Of a stretch of 64,000 nucleotides of DNA, positions 1 to 13,874 are shown piece after piece (positions within the stretch are counted from its first letter, which is position 1; each line of letters opens with the position of its first letter). A program made the position numbers and the translations under genes. Below the pieces are notes generated by a model. The model did not search any database. It was given only the letters and a program-made list of their open reading frames with translations, and had not been told where the DNA came from. Source of the stretch: Adineta vaga (taxonomy: Eukaryota; Animalia; Rotifera). The stretch is taken from positions 4,340,001-4,404,000 of the forward strand of contig CP075496.1 in NCBI GenBank assembly GCA_021613535.1. Direction: 5' to 3'.

Positions 1-3000
1 GTCGAAGAGAAGAATTCGATTGAACTTCTTCATCCTCTGTTATAGCAGTCATTTTTTCGTCATCAAAACCAGTAGTACTATTTCCTTCCAATCCTGTTGG
101 ACTATTTGGTGCAGTCAAAATTACAAAGTCATTTTCGTCACTGAACAATGTGAGGCCAGTCAATAGTGCCGATGGAGATGCCAATGCATTGCCTCCCCCA
201 ACTAAAGGAAATAAACGTGCGAATATTTTCAATAAATAAACAAAGAACAGTAGATATATGTATAGAAAACAAAGACATGCGCATAAATTCTTGTCATATT
301 CTCACCAAGTTCATTTATTTTTTGATTTGTTTGCTCAAGAAAATGAAAAACTAGAAAAGAAATCTCGTTTGAACTTATCCATTATTAAATCTCGCAATTT
401 TTTATTGTAGAAATTTCGTTATGAGAATATCAAATCAGCGAAATGAAGTTTTTACCTGGTTCACATTGGTTGACTATGTCAAGTAGGCGATTTTCATCTT
501 CAATAATTTCAGCATTATTCAAATAGGTTTTCACTTTTTTAACCATTAATGCCTAAATAAAACAAAAACAATGACGATAAGAGAAGATTTATCGAAAAAT
601 CTTTACTTCATCATAAACTCGTTTAGCATTAGCCATGACAGATAATCGAGTAGCTGTTTGATGACGACGTATTGTACCAGTTGAATCAACCGATGATTGA
701 TGTACAAAACCAGCAAAAACTTGTGGATGAGATGTTGGCGAATCGAACATATTAGAAATATCCTACAAAGTAATTTAATAATTAGAATGTATAAAGAAAT
801 ATTCTTTTGTTTACATAAGGACAAGACGCCATGTTTGTTATATGACGAATTTCTTTTGCAATCATACGAAGTTTTTCAAAATTGATCTAAAGAAAAGATA
901 TAAAACAATCAGTATACTTTAAATATTATTTTCTCTAAGTTTTATTACAAGGCCTTCCTCTTGAGTTGCATTTCCCAAATGAATAAAAGTTAAATCTTTC
1001 ATACACACCGGAAACATGGGAATCTAGAAAGTAGAGAAAATCATTGAATTCATTGACTTGACAATTACTTTTGATAACTTACAATCGGTGGAGTAACTAA
1101 TTCATTTTTTAGTAAATTTCGATATACGGACATATTTCGAGATAGATCAAGCAAAGATTTCAGTTCCTAAAAGAAATATAAAACACATATTGTACTTTTT
1201 CTTTTATACGTTTTCAATAGAAACGATAACATATATCAATTCATTTCTAAGTCAACGGAAAACTAAGACTATACAATTTTTAATAGACTCAATCAATGAA
1301 TAGGGAAGACTGATTAGAGATGATTTACTTCAAACAATTTTTTATATTTGTCTGGTACACGTTCCCATGTGGCTTGTAAACGTTGTACTGCTTTATGATC
1401 TAATCCACTAACAATTGCAAACATTGAATTGAAATTTTTCATATCTTTACAACATTCTAAAATACAAGAAATCGATTCGTTCTTCTCTCTTTTGTAATTC
1501 GATCTTCGTTACTTACTAGCAATTTTAATAAAATGTTTAATAACTTTTGATCGTTGCATCAGATTACTTTCACGTATAATATCAGTTATTGTCCAATACA
1601 TTTCCTTATTTGGTAGCTTAAGAAATTTTTCTAGATGTGGAATACCATATGTAGATTTTAATTTAAATATATGATCAATATATTCCGTTGTTTGAATAGC
1701 TTTAAACATGGAAAAATCTCGTAGAGTTAATTGTGCACAAATTTCCAATGCATCTAATTGAAGAAAAGTAATACGTGCTTCACGTATTAATTCATTCGAT
1801 AAATGATCAGGTACAAGTGTTTCAGTTGAATGATTATTTTTCAAATAATAACGAGCATTGACTGGAAGACGTTCAGGTAGATTATCAATATGATCTGGGA
1901 GACGTTTTTGTTTGATAACACCATTTTCAACAGATACTTCACATAATGAATAACATCTAAACAGACGAAAACAAGTGATTTATTCAATGTTGAGCTATAC
2001 TTTCAAGCGATATGTTTGGATGAAAAAAGTGAATTATTTATTAAGCATTTAGTAAGAGAACATTTCTTATGTTAGCACAATTATTAAAGCATGAGGGTGT
2101 GTTATATCGATATTGATGAAATCTGGCATAGTTCGTTAACTTTATAATTTTCTTCTCAAATTACAATAATCCTTTTCGATACATGACGAATGTTTTTTTC
2201 GGAAATGTCAAATACTTATTGAATTCATATCAATGTTTAAATGTACCTGAATCGATGTTTGCCCTTAAGAATATAATCCGAATTTTTCGTAGACTGAGAA
2301 CATTTTTGAACTTCATTAAGTCAATCGACTAATATTAGTTTTACATATCTTTTCGATTAGCTAATACTTCGTGTATTATTATGGATTAAGAATGATAAAT
2401 TATAAAGAAGAAAGAGGTAAAGCATTAACTTACACATCGTCGTAGAAGACGCTCTCTCTGAATAAGGACACAAACAATAAAAAAGAAAAGAAAAACAGAG
2501 CATAAGCTTTGTAATCCCTCTTATTATCCCCAAAGCATGCATTTTAAAAAATAGTTCTTTGATTAGTTACAAAACACCAAGAAGAAAAATAAAATATGTG
2601 AAAGCTTCTCCCATGTTGTAAGAATAACTTCTTACCGCATTAAATCAAACTCTGATCGAGAAGATGTCTGACTATAAAAGATGATAATATTCGATATACA
2701 AAACTACTCTCGCATTCAGAATTATAAGATTAATCATCATAGATCTATTTACCTGCTTTGATCAACAATACCAAATTCAGTGATCGCTAACATGACAAGT
2801 TGTTTTGCTGTTGTATCCTAAAAATAAATATATATATATTTTGTTTAAATCAATGAAAAAAAAAATAATCAATCGTTTTATTGAGTTTATTTACTTTATG
2901 TACAGGAAAGTATTTGAATGATTGATCACTTCGATAAACTTTGACAACAAATGCCGAATGATCTTCATCATTTCCAGATAAATTCGTTGATGAAGACATT

Positions 3001-6000
3001 GATTTATTTGAAGTTCCAGCTGGTGATAAATCTGGATTACTTGAACTTCGATTAAAACTTTTGCTATTCGTATTAATCGTTGATGATGAGAGCATACTTG
3101 TATTTCCATCATTATCATAACCAGCTGTATCAAGTTCACTAGACGAAAAATAACAAAAACAAAATAAGATCCCTGAATTGATTAATTTATTGTCGAATTT
3201 TAACAAAAGGTCATTATTTGTCGATAGTAAATCCTCTTTGCCATTTATTTTTGACATGCTCGTGTATCAACAAATAACTATAGAAGTTACATTCATTGAA
3301 TCAAAATGATGACACAAGTAAGAAGCACTAATCAGATGGGGTTTTTTTTCGAAGGAGAAGAAAAGGAACGATGAACATTTAGAGAGATTGCAAATAGTCA
3401 TGGAAGATAATGATAAGCATATGTATAAATAATAAAACAATTTTAGTGCAAAGGCTAGTTTTTTTTTTGAATGTGACAGCCACAAACATTGAAAAGAAAT
3501 AGAGTTACGCTTACCTTGTTGATCTGAAATGAAGAAAAAGAGTTAGTTTCATTGTGAAGAGAAATAAAAGAATGACTAGTCGAAGAAGAAAATCAATATA
3601 ATGTAACATATGTATAGGTTGATGTTGAGCAACATCCACAACGATCACTATCGACTGTATTACCATCGATAGCAATCATTCCAATCAATAACACATCATT
3701 AGAACTAATCGAGAATACGAATCGATCTGAAAATCTATCAACAGTAACAATTTCCACTCTTGCTGATAATAATCTTTCATCAAAAACTGATAAATCTTGT
3801 TTTACCAACTTAAGTATATTCTGTCGACGTTATCTAACATTTTTAAAACTCGTCCTTAAATCTGTTATACCTGATCTGAAATCCTTCAAATGGTGGCAAA
3901 TTTTGATTCTCGTACTATTCGCAACATTCAATGTAACCTTTTCTATTCTGGTAAATCTTTTTTATGAATTTCTTTCGACCGAGAAACAAGAATCTATCTT
4001 TTAAAAGGATTTCAATTCATTTTTTTCTCGAGGACAAAAACGTGCACTGTTAAAATGGACAAATGATTTAAACGATGGTATTTCACTATGGCGTCGTATT
4101 CTTCTATGTTTATCTGGTGTTGCTGCATTTACAAATGTTCTTAATGTTGTCTTAGTCATACGTGGTAAACTTTCATCCTTTTTCTGGGGTATTATCGGAG
4201 CAATTTTATATGGAATCTATGCATTTGCATATGGTTATGTAGGTGATGCTCAACTATATGTTTTATTCTTTTTACCAATGCAATTTGTTGGAATCTATGT
4301 ATGGACTAAGCAATTAGATAATGAAGCAACAACGCGTGTAAAATCACTGCGATTAATTGGCTGGTTATTTGTCATTATACTCTGTATAGGTTTAGGATTT
4401 TTATTCTATTATGAGATACCAGCATTTGCAAAACTATTAACATCACAGTATTTTTTCGAAACAAACTTTGTAGCACATCTATTCGATGCATTAACAAATG
4501 CATTTAGTGTAGTTGGTCAATTTCTACTTATATTATGTTATTGGGAACAATATATTTTATGGTTAGCGGTGAATATTATTGCAATTATTATGTACAGTGG
4601 TAAATAATCTCTTTTCTTTTAAGAAAAGAAAATAATATTAGTTGTGAACTTGTTTTTATTTCTAAGGTCTTCTTCATACACAACTCGATATTAATGTATT
4701 GATAGTATGGATTATGTTTGCAATTAATACCCTCGTTGGTCTATGTTTATGGTTTCGTCGATGGAAATATTCGGATACCATCGTGAAAAATTAACTATTC
4801 AAACTCATTTTCAATTACTATTGTATTTTACCTGTTATGTTTTGACATTTTGAGCTTTTGCATAACGGTGCGCTTAAAACCCATACGTTTATTTAATGGG
4901 CGAGGTTTTGTTTTTTCTGAATATGCTGTCGAATGATTATTTTTTATTGGAGTTATTGTTGATAATGGTGGTCGTAATTGATTTGATGATGATGATGAAT
5001 GATCAGGAGTAAAGGAATCAGATGGACTATTCATGATTACAGATGATGTATGACTGGTTGTTGGAGTCATTGATATAGAACGAACAGGAGATGATGCATA
5101 AAGTTTATTTCGTATTTCTTGTTCATAGAAAAATAAATCATGACGTTTTTTACGATTGGGTGATTTTTCAGGATTAATAATATCATTTAAACCTAGAAAT
5201 GTAATAGATGAGACGATGTGATATATATATATATATATACATAGAAATAGAGTACTTACCCATCAGATTATTTTTAACAGTTAATGATAAATGAGTTGTA
5301 CTACGAAGAATTTCAAGGGCACGGACATGAGTTAAATAATCAAAACATTGACCATTTACATTGAGAATCTATTTCGAAAGTAAAAAGAACTGATGAAATA
5401 ACATCAAAGATTTACATAACAATCAACAACTATTAAGGACAAGATTATTAATTTCAGACCTATCCTACTCAACACTTCAATATTCTAGGAGACAAGAACA
5501 CGTCTTTTTAATCTGATGATATATATATATTATAGACAAATCTGAAGAAATATATCGATCATCACAGTGAGATAACGAAATGAACTCTGGTAAACGTACT
5601 TGATCGCCTCTTCTTAAACCAGCTTCATATGGTTTAGAATTTTTTTCGACTTTCGACACAAATATTCCATTATTTGCTAATGTATCACTTCCACCAAGTA
5701 TATTAAAATTTAAAACATCATCTCGTGTTGATCGTGTTATTGTTACATTTCGTCGACTAGCTTTTGTAAAACATGCGAGATCAATTAAATATCTCCACGA
5801 TTGAATTTGCTAAAAAGATTCAAATATTATCTCTTTTGTGAGAAGAAAACCTTCTATTTTTTCTGCTTACTTCGTTTTCATGATGTTGTAATCGATCATC
5901 GAATACTTCGAGAAATTCATACAATTTTGTATTACTTTCAAAATCATTATAATGATTATTCACCCATGATAAAACCACTCGAGCAACATGTTCACATGAA

Positions 6001-9000
6001 GATAAACCTCCATTTACATCGAAATGATTGAGAAGTTTATCAGCAATTATCATTGGATCATCGATAAATGTACGGTAGGTTAAAAGAAAGTCTTGAACAA
6101 AATAAGGATCATCAATTAATTGATGTTCATTCATCAGTAAATCGAGTAATTTAGCCGTTGTAGCCTATTAGGAAAAAAGCAGATGGAAATCAATTCCTCT
6201 GTTATGAAATCTTTCGATTTGTTCATAGAGAAAATGAATAGCAAAGAAAAAGTCTCTTTTGATAGTATGTCAGAGGGTGATTACTCGACATTTCTCATTT
6301 GATTTTCCAATTAACATACATATATATCCCAAAAGATTAGAACTATAATGAAATCACCATTTCTAAGTACGTACATACTACTGATTGACTCGATTTTACA
6401 GAAAAAAACCCGAACAATTATGTATGATAAGAAAAATGACCTTGTTTATCCTTGAAACTTACTTTGATAACTATTTCACGTGGTGCATGATATTCGTCAT
6501 CATTAATACGTATTTCTTTCACCATAACAATTTTTTCATCTTCTTCGATTTTTCGAATATTTTTCTCTCCCTAAAAATCATCAAGAAAAATCATCAACGA
6601 AAAAATTCAATCAAGAGAAAATTTACTTGATTTAATATTGCATAATAATCATTTTGAGCAACAACAACAAATTGACAATCATCTACACGAGTTTTCATTA
6701 TTCCTGCATGACAATATTGATCAAGTGTGGGTCCACAACCAAAACTTTGTCCAACAGTTAACGTTCGAATTGGTTCACCATCAGTTGTTTCATCATCAAC
6801 AATTCCATTGATGATAACTGACCAAGAATCATACCGTTCACCATCATTCATCACAACAGTTTGAGCTTTTTCAACTTGAGCATAAACAAGAACTTTACAT
6901 AATTCACGTCGAACATGTAATGTTAAATTAGTAAACGCCTAGAATTACATTGATAATTATATATTTACAAGAGAGGAAAAATAAGATTCTTACAGGAAAA
7001 TGTAGGAGAAAGTCTAAAATATATTCAATATCATCATCAGTACGATCATTTGCATCTTTCATTAAAGCTTCTCGAACATGATCATGTATAGGAAATAAAT
7101 GCTAAAGAAAATTATTCAAATTCTATTATCAAAAATGGCTAATCATCGATTTAATTACTTCAGATGATGTTTCAGATTCATCATCACTTTCATGAACACT
7201 AATACAACGACTCAATCCGCCATCTTCATTTTGTCCTAAACAGTTTTCTCCATTATTTATTATTAAACAATCTTCTCCATTTGTTGATGATTGCATCATA
7301 TCTGATCCAGAATAAGCACTTGATGTATCACTTGCACGTGAATGTGAACTACGTATCATTGATGAATGAATCTCATTGATATTTGCTACTGTAACCGATC
7401 GCTAAAGAAGAAGAAAAACAAGACGAACAATTACATGTTGTTTAAAAAGATTTTTATTTTTAATATTTACTTGTCGATTTTGGGCACTTTTCTTTCGATG
7501 AAGTGCTAATACTGTACTAGAATCCATCGAAGACGTTTGTTGTTCTTCTGTTGGAGTTATAACTTGCTCTTTTTGACGATTATGTTTACTACCGATACGC
7601 TTCAGTGATTCGTTATTTTGTACAGCATGATCGAGCTCGGGATAATCAATCTACATGAAGTAAAACGAAATAAAAGTATAGAAGAGAAAAAAAAAGAGAA
7701 ATGAGAAACAGAACAGAATATACATCAAGGTGTGATTAGAAGTAATTTTTTTTTCTTCGTCTTTCTATTTTCAATGATGAAAGAAATTATATATATGATG
7801 TCTACTTACAACAAGCATTTCCGATGGTTCGAGTACAACACATTCATTGATCCGATATTGATTACTAGGAGTTCGTTTACCAAAACTGTTAAAATAGAAG
7901 AAAAAAAAAGGCGAACGATTATGTCATGAACATACACATAAATGTCGCTCGATCTATTCAAGGACAACGCTAGATGTGTAATGATGAGAGGGAGAAAGTG
8001 AGGGACTGAGTAAGATGGTGTTAGTGTAGTAGAAGTAATAGTGGTATGTGCATAGTAAAAAAAAAGAACGAACAAGGTTAACAAATAAACATGAAAAGAC
8101 GAAGAGGGAAAAATTGATCTGGTCTCTCTCTCTCTCTCTTTCCCTCCTTCTGTATCCCAAAGGATACATAAAAATGTCGAAGATCATGATTAAGTATAGC
8201 AAAAAGAAAAAAAAAGAAAAACGAATTCTTCCGTTTTTCTTTACACGTACCTAGCTCGTGGTAAATACATTGTAGATTCGATAAAAATTGAACCGGATAG
8301 AAGAATGTACCAACAAGTATTCAATTCACCACGGCTAGAAAAATAAAAAAATATAAATGATAACAATGTGTACTATACGTGTGAGTTCTATCGTTATTCT
8401 CTTCATGATATACATATATGTATAAATGTTTACATACACCTCTGTGTCCTTTGCGTCGTTTTTCTCTCTGGTGAACATTTGTGCACACGCGTTTGTATGC
8501 CTGCTTACACTCTAACAAACAATCACACTTCATTTTCGTCTCCTTCTCCTTCTTTTTTTTATTGTATACTAGCATAACAATGAGAGTAGAAGACCAAATG
8601 TCAAAGTGTATCAACGATGAAAAAAACAATCGAATACTACTTATATTCAGATTGAAAAGTTTTTAACAATGATCTTAGTCAAGGTTCTAATCTAATTTCT
8701 TCATATAATCATATATTTTATCTTCGATACATGATGCAACATCTCACTTTAGACATGAAGTATATGATGGCACATCTATCATCAGAGATAGATAGATAAT
8801 TGACCGTGACCGTATTCTAACAATGAGTTGTAGCTATCTAAGTGCATAATCATGATGATGAATGTATATCTCAATGTACTATCATCAAGAAATAGTAGAC
8901 ATAACAATTTGAGGAGAAGAAGAAGAAGAAGAAGAAGTATAGTGTCATCTCGTATGTAAAAGGATGAATAGAAAACAAACAAACAAAAAAGAAACCCAAA

Positions 9001-10815
9001 CAGATTGAGTGATTGACAAGGTTAAGAACAAACCTGAATAAAACATGATGAGCATCATGAATTTCGTAACGAATTGTTTTACACAAATTACGAATATGTG
9101 ATTCACGAAGAGATGATAATGCTTCCAAATGTTTCAAATAAGCATTGATTATTGTTAAATCCTAAATCAAAGAAATGCATAGAAATGACCATTGTTCCAA
9201 TTCATTATTTCTTTTTCCTGTGTAACATGTTTTAGTTTGAAAGATAGGTGAAAATGACTTTCTCGTTTTTTTCCTTCTTCTTCCTCGAGACTATATTTTT
9301 AAAATTGAACTTTTAGAGCCAGACAATAAATGTCTGACCTCAAAGAAGGAGAGAAAAAGGAAAAAGCAAAGTAAAAAAAACGGAGAAATCTGTACCTTAT
9401 ATAAACGTAGTTGTATGGACAACGGATGAAAGAGTATGTATGTACATATACTCGTATATGTATGCTTATAGCAAGTCGATTTCACCCCCGCTTCTCGTCC
9501 CTTTTCTTTCTTTCTTTTCTCTGCCCTTAATATGTACGTGTCCTAACTTCGATGATTAACCATATAGTTCTCTATACTCAATAAAAGTTGGCAATCATCT
9601 CGGATGGTTGTAGTGGCCATGTCAGCAGACAGAACGGAAGAATAGACAGAGAGAGAGAGAGACAGGGAACAGTCAGCCAGCGGTCTGTATACTTTCTTTC
9701 TTATCTTCCGTAGACAACGTTTCTTTTTCTCTCTATTTCTTCTTTCTACAAATCATGAATGAACAACAGTTGTTGCATTCGTTTCTATATTCATGTTCAA
9801 TGATGTGTTGCTTTTCTTTTTTCGTCGAGAAACAAGAAAAGCACATTCAGCATTAGTTCTCTTCTATCTTTTCCATTTATATAATGAAGAAATAATCTAG
9901 ACAATAATAGTTATAATACTTGAGATCATGATCGACAATGATGATATATTACGTCATATTCCTATACACATGTCGGACAAAGTTGAAAAGGGTGAACATG
10001 TCTGTTTAATCAGATCTAACAGCTTCCAGCTGAGAATAATAACATGTATATATGTATATAAAAGAGAGACCTAACGTATGAATTAATCATTAGTATGAAA
10101 AGAAAGATACTATGACTAACGGCAAATCATTTATGATTGTCTAGTTATCAATACAAAGAAAAAGATTTGAGTAGAAATCATACTAATTATTTTATGAATG
10201 AATCAATTGAATATATACCGTGAGAATTGAAAGAACAAAACATATTTTAAATCGCATATTATTAATCATTGAACAGAGGAAAGAAAAGCTTATATCCTGT
10301 CATTAACTCAAGAGGTTAAATAGAAGAAACGAAATAAATATATTTATACATTCAAGACATTTTACTCTTTTTAGGTATATCTACAAGATTAAGAAAACAT
10401 CTGGAAAGCGTGTATTTTCATCTTTGTCAAAGATATAGATTAATCAACATAGAGAACTGTAGACTGTTGTTATAAGAAATTCTAATCGATTCCTTATTAG
10501 CATAGACAAATAAGTTCATATTAGTATTTTCGGTTGATTAGATATTTTGGAAATCATTCCAGTTAGAAAAAAAATCAAAATTAATTTATATCGACTACAT
10601 ATGGTTATAACCTTAGGGAACGCAATCAATTTAATAAATATTCGAATATTCTATCCGACAAAAAAGAACTTTTACTGTAATCGAAATCTCTCTTGAGACA
10701 ATTTCAAATGTCCTTCAAAATAAATTAATAAACTAACCTGAGTTGTTCGTTCGGATGGACTTTTCGATACACTCTGTCGAAATGGTAATTCAGTTGCATA
10801 AGTTGACAATGCCAT
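1..10815 (-). CDS. RAPGEF2/6: Rap guanine nucleotide exchange factor 2/6 (PDZ-GEF), multi-exon, 3' end runs off the window
   Basis: Exons reconstructed by eye: [26 protein letters not shown] (10815-10738), [41 protein letters not shown] (8334-8252), SFGKR, second cNMP-binding domain ([10 protein letters not shown]...GQSFG...VDDCQFV), REM ([15 protein letters not shown]...[14 protein letters not shown]), PDZ (AGLRRGDQ), RA ([13 protein letters not shown]) and RasGEF ([11 protein letters not shown]...[12 protein letters not shown]). Confidence 0.93.
3306..4794 (+). CDS. pnuC: PnuC-family nicotinamide riboside/vitamin transporter, nested antisense in RAPGEF introns
   Basis: Exons 3618-3950, 4008-4599 and 4667-4794 splice in frame into a multi-TM protein with [23 protein letters not shown]...GYVGDAQL...[11 protein letters not shown]...[15 protein letters not shown]...[12 protein letters not shown], typical of PnuC. 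The first exon 3306-3317 (MMTQ|GTAAGA) is inferred. Confidence 0.82.
3515..3523 (-). other. 9-nt candidate microexon of RAPGEF
   Basis: Minus strand reads gaaaCTAACtctttttcttcatttCAG|atcaacaag|GTAAGC: branch point, pyrimidine tract, acceptor and donor. It preserves frame between the flanking phase-2 splice sites. Confidence 0.6.
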
Positions 10816-11852
10816 CGTATTTGAATACATTATTTGAAAAAAAGAATTTACAAGAATATCTAATGTTCACCGGAATGTCATTCTATTCGTTTCGTCTACC
10901 CATCGAATAAGCAAACAAAACTTTTAAATCTAAAAGAAGTAAAAAGAAAGAGAAAATGACATACACACATACACATATATATATATATATATGTATATGA
11001 AAACTTTTAAGGATTCTCATATCCACAATGAAGAATAACAATAAATGTTGGATTTTTAAAACATGAAGGACATTTAAAAAGAGAAATGATTTTGATATAG
11101 ACATATGTAGTATAAAAAGAATTTGAAAAACTTCGAATTCACCTTTACGAGTACTGACAAAGTGCAACAAGAAATTGATCTGATCAAATTCAAAAGAAAA
11201 GAACAGATAAATAATGACGAAAATCTATCTTACGAACGTAATTCGATCTTAAATATGCAATAAAGTGTCAATGAGATCATCGATTCATCTAGGGTATGTT
11301 TTTTTTTCTTTCAAAAAACTGCCAGTTTACGTTAAATTAAATAACTAAAATACATGAAGATAAAGAACAATTAAAGTTTTTCTTTTCAAATAGAATATAA
11401 CAATTCGTTGATGAAAATGTTGTACATGTAGTCTCACTTTTTTTGAAAATCGAAATAAATTATGTGTCAGATGTGCATTAGCATCTCCATAAACAAAACA
11501 ATAAAATGTATTTGTACGTTCTTTTTTATATTTTCTTTCAAACTAACATTTGTTCGTTTGGGTTTCTCTCGTTCTTCTTCTTTTTCTCTTTGTCCATCTC
11601 GAAAGAAAAAAAAAAGAAGAAAAAGCGCAACAGAAAAAGATTAAACTTCTTTTGTCTTACATGTTCCATACCCCTCGAGATCGAAGAAGGAGAGAGAGAG
11701 AAAGAAAGAATGTCTTACAAGTAACTTCACTTTATTGTGGCCAATAACAATCACGTTTTTTCTTTCTCTATGTATGCATGTCTGTATATGAATATCTTGG
11801 ATATATACAATGTATAAAAAAAAGAATTGATCGAAAGAACCGGATATACTTG

Positions 11853-12829
11853 TTAAGTTGGTTGATATGGAAAATTACCAAGTGTTAAAATAAGTGGTAA
11901 ATTGGACGGAGTTGATGATTCGGATGTAGTGGATGTTGACGGAGTGAAAATAGTATTCATACCAGTTGTTTTTAAAGTATTTAAATTAATTGAATAGGAT
12001 GAGGAAACGGAAGAAGATGTTACTTGCTGAGGATCTGAATGTATGAAACATGGAAGTGGAAGTGTTAATGTTGTTGGTTTTGTTTGAGGAATCGATGGAA
12101 TACTATGTGCAATTGTAGTCTCGGATAGTTTCGATTTAGTCGATGAAGATGATACATCATCAACAGATTTTAGTTTAGCACATTTAATAGGACGATGAAT
12201 AGTTGATAAATTTGTAGTTTGTACTATTTTATCAAACAACGAATAATTCGTAAATGCAGGGATTGAATAAAATAATTTCAACTTACAATCTATCGCAGCA
12301 TTTGTTCGTTTTTTTCTTTGATTTTCATCAATAAATATCACATCGTTATTATTTAATGTCGTTGTCGTTGTTGTTGGTATATCAACGATTGGTTCAACAA
12401 TCGGTTCATCTTTTGCTAAACATGTTTGAATCAATGCTTTACCTGTTTCACTTGTAATCATCGGTTGCAATTTTGCCGTTGCATATGTATAAACATGACC
12501 TAAATCATCGACGTATTTTTCTTGATTAATAATATTAAAAATAAAACAATCTTACCAGTTTCCGAAGCAACTAATAGCATAACTTCAGTGCCAGTTAATG
12601 TTGCTAATTCATAAGCTTTTTTCATAATGCCTGTTTTTCGTTTAGAAAATGTTGTATATCGTCGAATTTTATTATCAATATATGCCATTTTGATTTTGAC
12701 ACGACCTAACGTTTTTTTCTTTTTATTTCGTGCGACAGTTGATTTTTCTGTTGCTCCATGTGCTCGATCATTAGAATCATCATCATCTATGAATTCTTCT
12801 TCTTCTTCATCAGATGTTGTCGAACTCAT
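11853..12829 (-). CDS. SRF: Serum response factor (MADS-box transcription factor), 2 exons
   Basis: GRVKIKMAYIDNKIRRYTTFSKRKTGIMKKAYELATLTGTEVMLLVASETG|HVYTYATAKLQPMITSETGKALIQTCL is the SRF MADS plus SAM region; intron ~12501-12555. Confidence 0.97.
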
Positions 12830-12989
12830 CGATTGATTTTAGTGAAATATGTGTAAAAATCTTGCACTGGTTCTAAATGAAATAATTTAACATGTGATTA
12901 CACTATCACTGAAGTTAATTTTGTTTTTTTGGCATAATGAATCATATATGTACATGAGAACACAAAGGAAAAGGGGCGATCATTCGCTG

Positions 12990-12994
12990 ATTGG
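12990..12994 (-). promoter_or_regulatory. CCAAT box upstream of SRF
   Basis: gaCCAATcagc (NF-Y-like context) ~160 nt upstream of the SRF ATG. Confidence 0.4.
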
Positions 12995-13874
12995 TCAAAA
13001 TAGAGTTTTTAATAGACGATAATGATCTTTAGTATAACAACGACATCTTTACAATACAATCGCTTGATATATATGTTTTCTATTCATTCATCGATAGATA
13101 GAGAAGAATTCGAGTTATAGAAGTCAAAATATATCTACCTCTATAAATTGTTCACGATTTTTGGCTTTCTATTGAATGAAATATGAAAAATTTTGTTTGT
13201 TCATGTTGTAATTAATAAGTGCAGAGCATTGTATGACTTTCAGTTCAATCAAAAATATGATTATAAAGAATAAAGAGCAAGAAATCAAGAAGTTTAATAA
13301 CGAAAAAATTGTTTTTTGATGAGTAAATGAAGTTAATCAATTGAACGAGAAAGAGAACTGAATCACGCATGTTAATCATCGACACTCAATTTTCTTAAGG
13401 TCTAGACATTCCATTTGTTTCCGTTACATTTACTTTAAACACTAAATATTTGACACACGACTTATGTGGATATTATCCATTAGTTGTTTTCATTTCAAAG
13501 AAACCTATCTATACAACACAATCTATCTATTTAGTCTAAAAGAAGTTTTACGTTATAGATTTTCAGCATTTCATATAAATTCTTTAATCACAATGATCAA
13601 AATCGAGTGGGTGAATGGTGATTAATTTTTGTTAATTTCATTTAAATAAAACGAAAAATTAGACGAATTTATCATTGCAGAGGGCGGAAGATTATTGTTA
13701 AATATTCAAGGTATTATACATAAACAATTTGATTGATATTTTCTTTGACCAATAATTTTGTTTCTTTTTTTTAATATTCTAATTCACGGTAATAAATATA
13801 TATAAACACATTTCATCACCATTCGTTCATTATAAATTTACTCTAAATTTTTTCGATAATCGGATTTTATAGAT

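Noticed and set aside
8158-8170. GTATCCTTT (U12 donor-like) on the minus strand in a RAPGEF intron
   Set aside because: Not at an exon end; the flanking exons join with ordinary U2 sites and no matching U12 branch point was seen.
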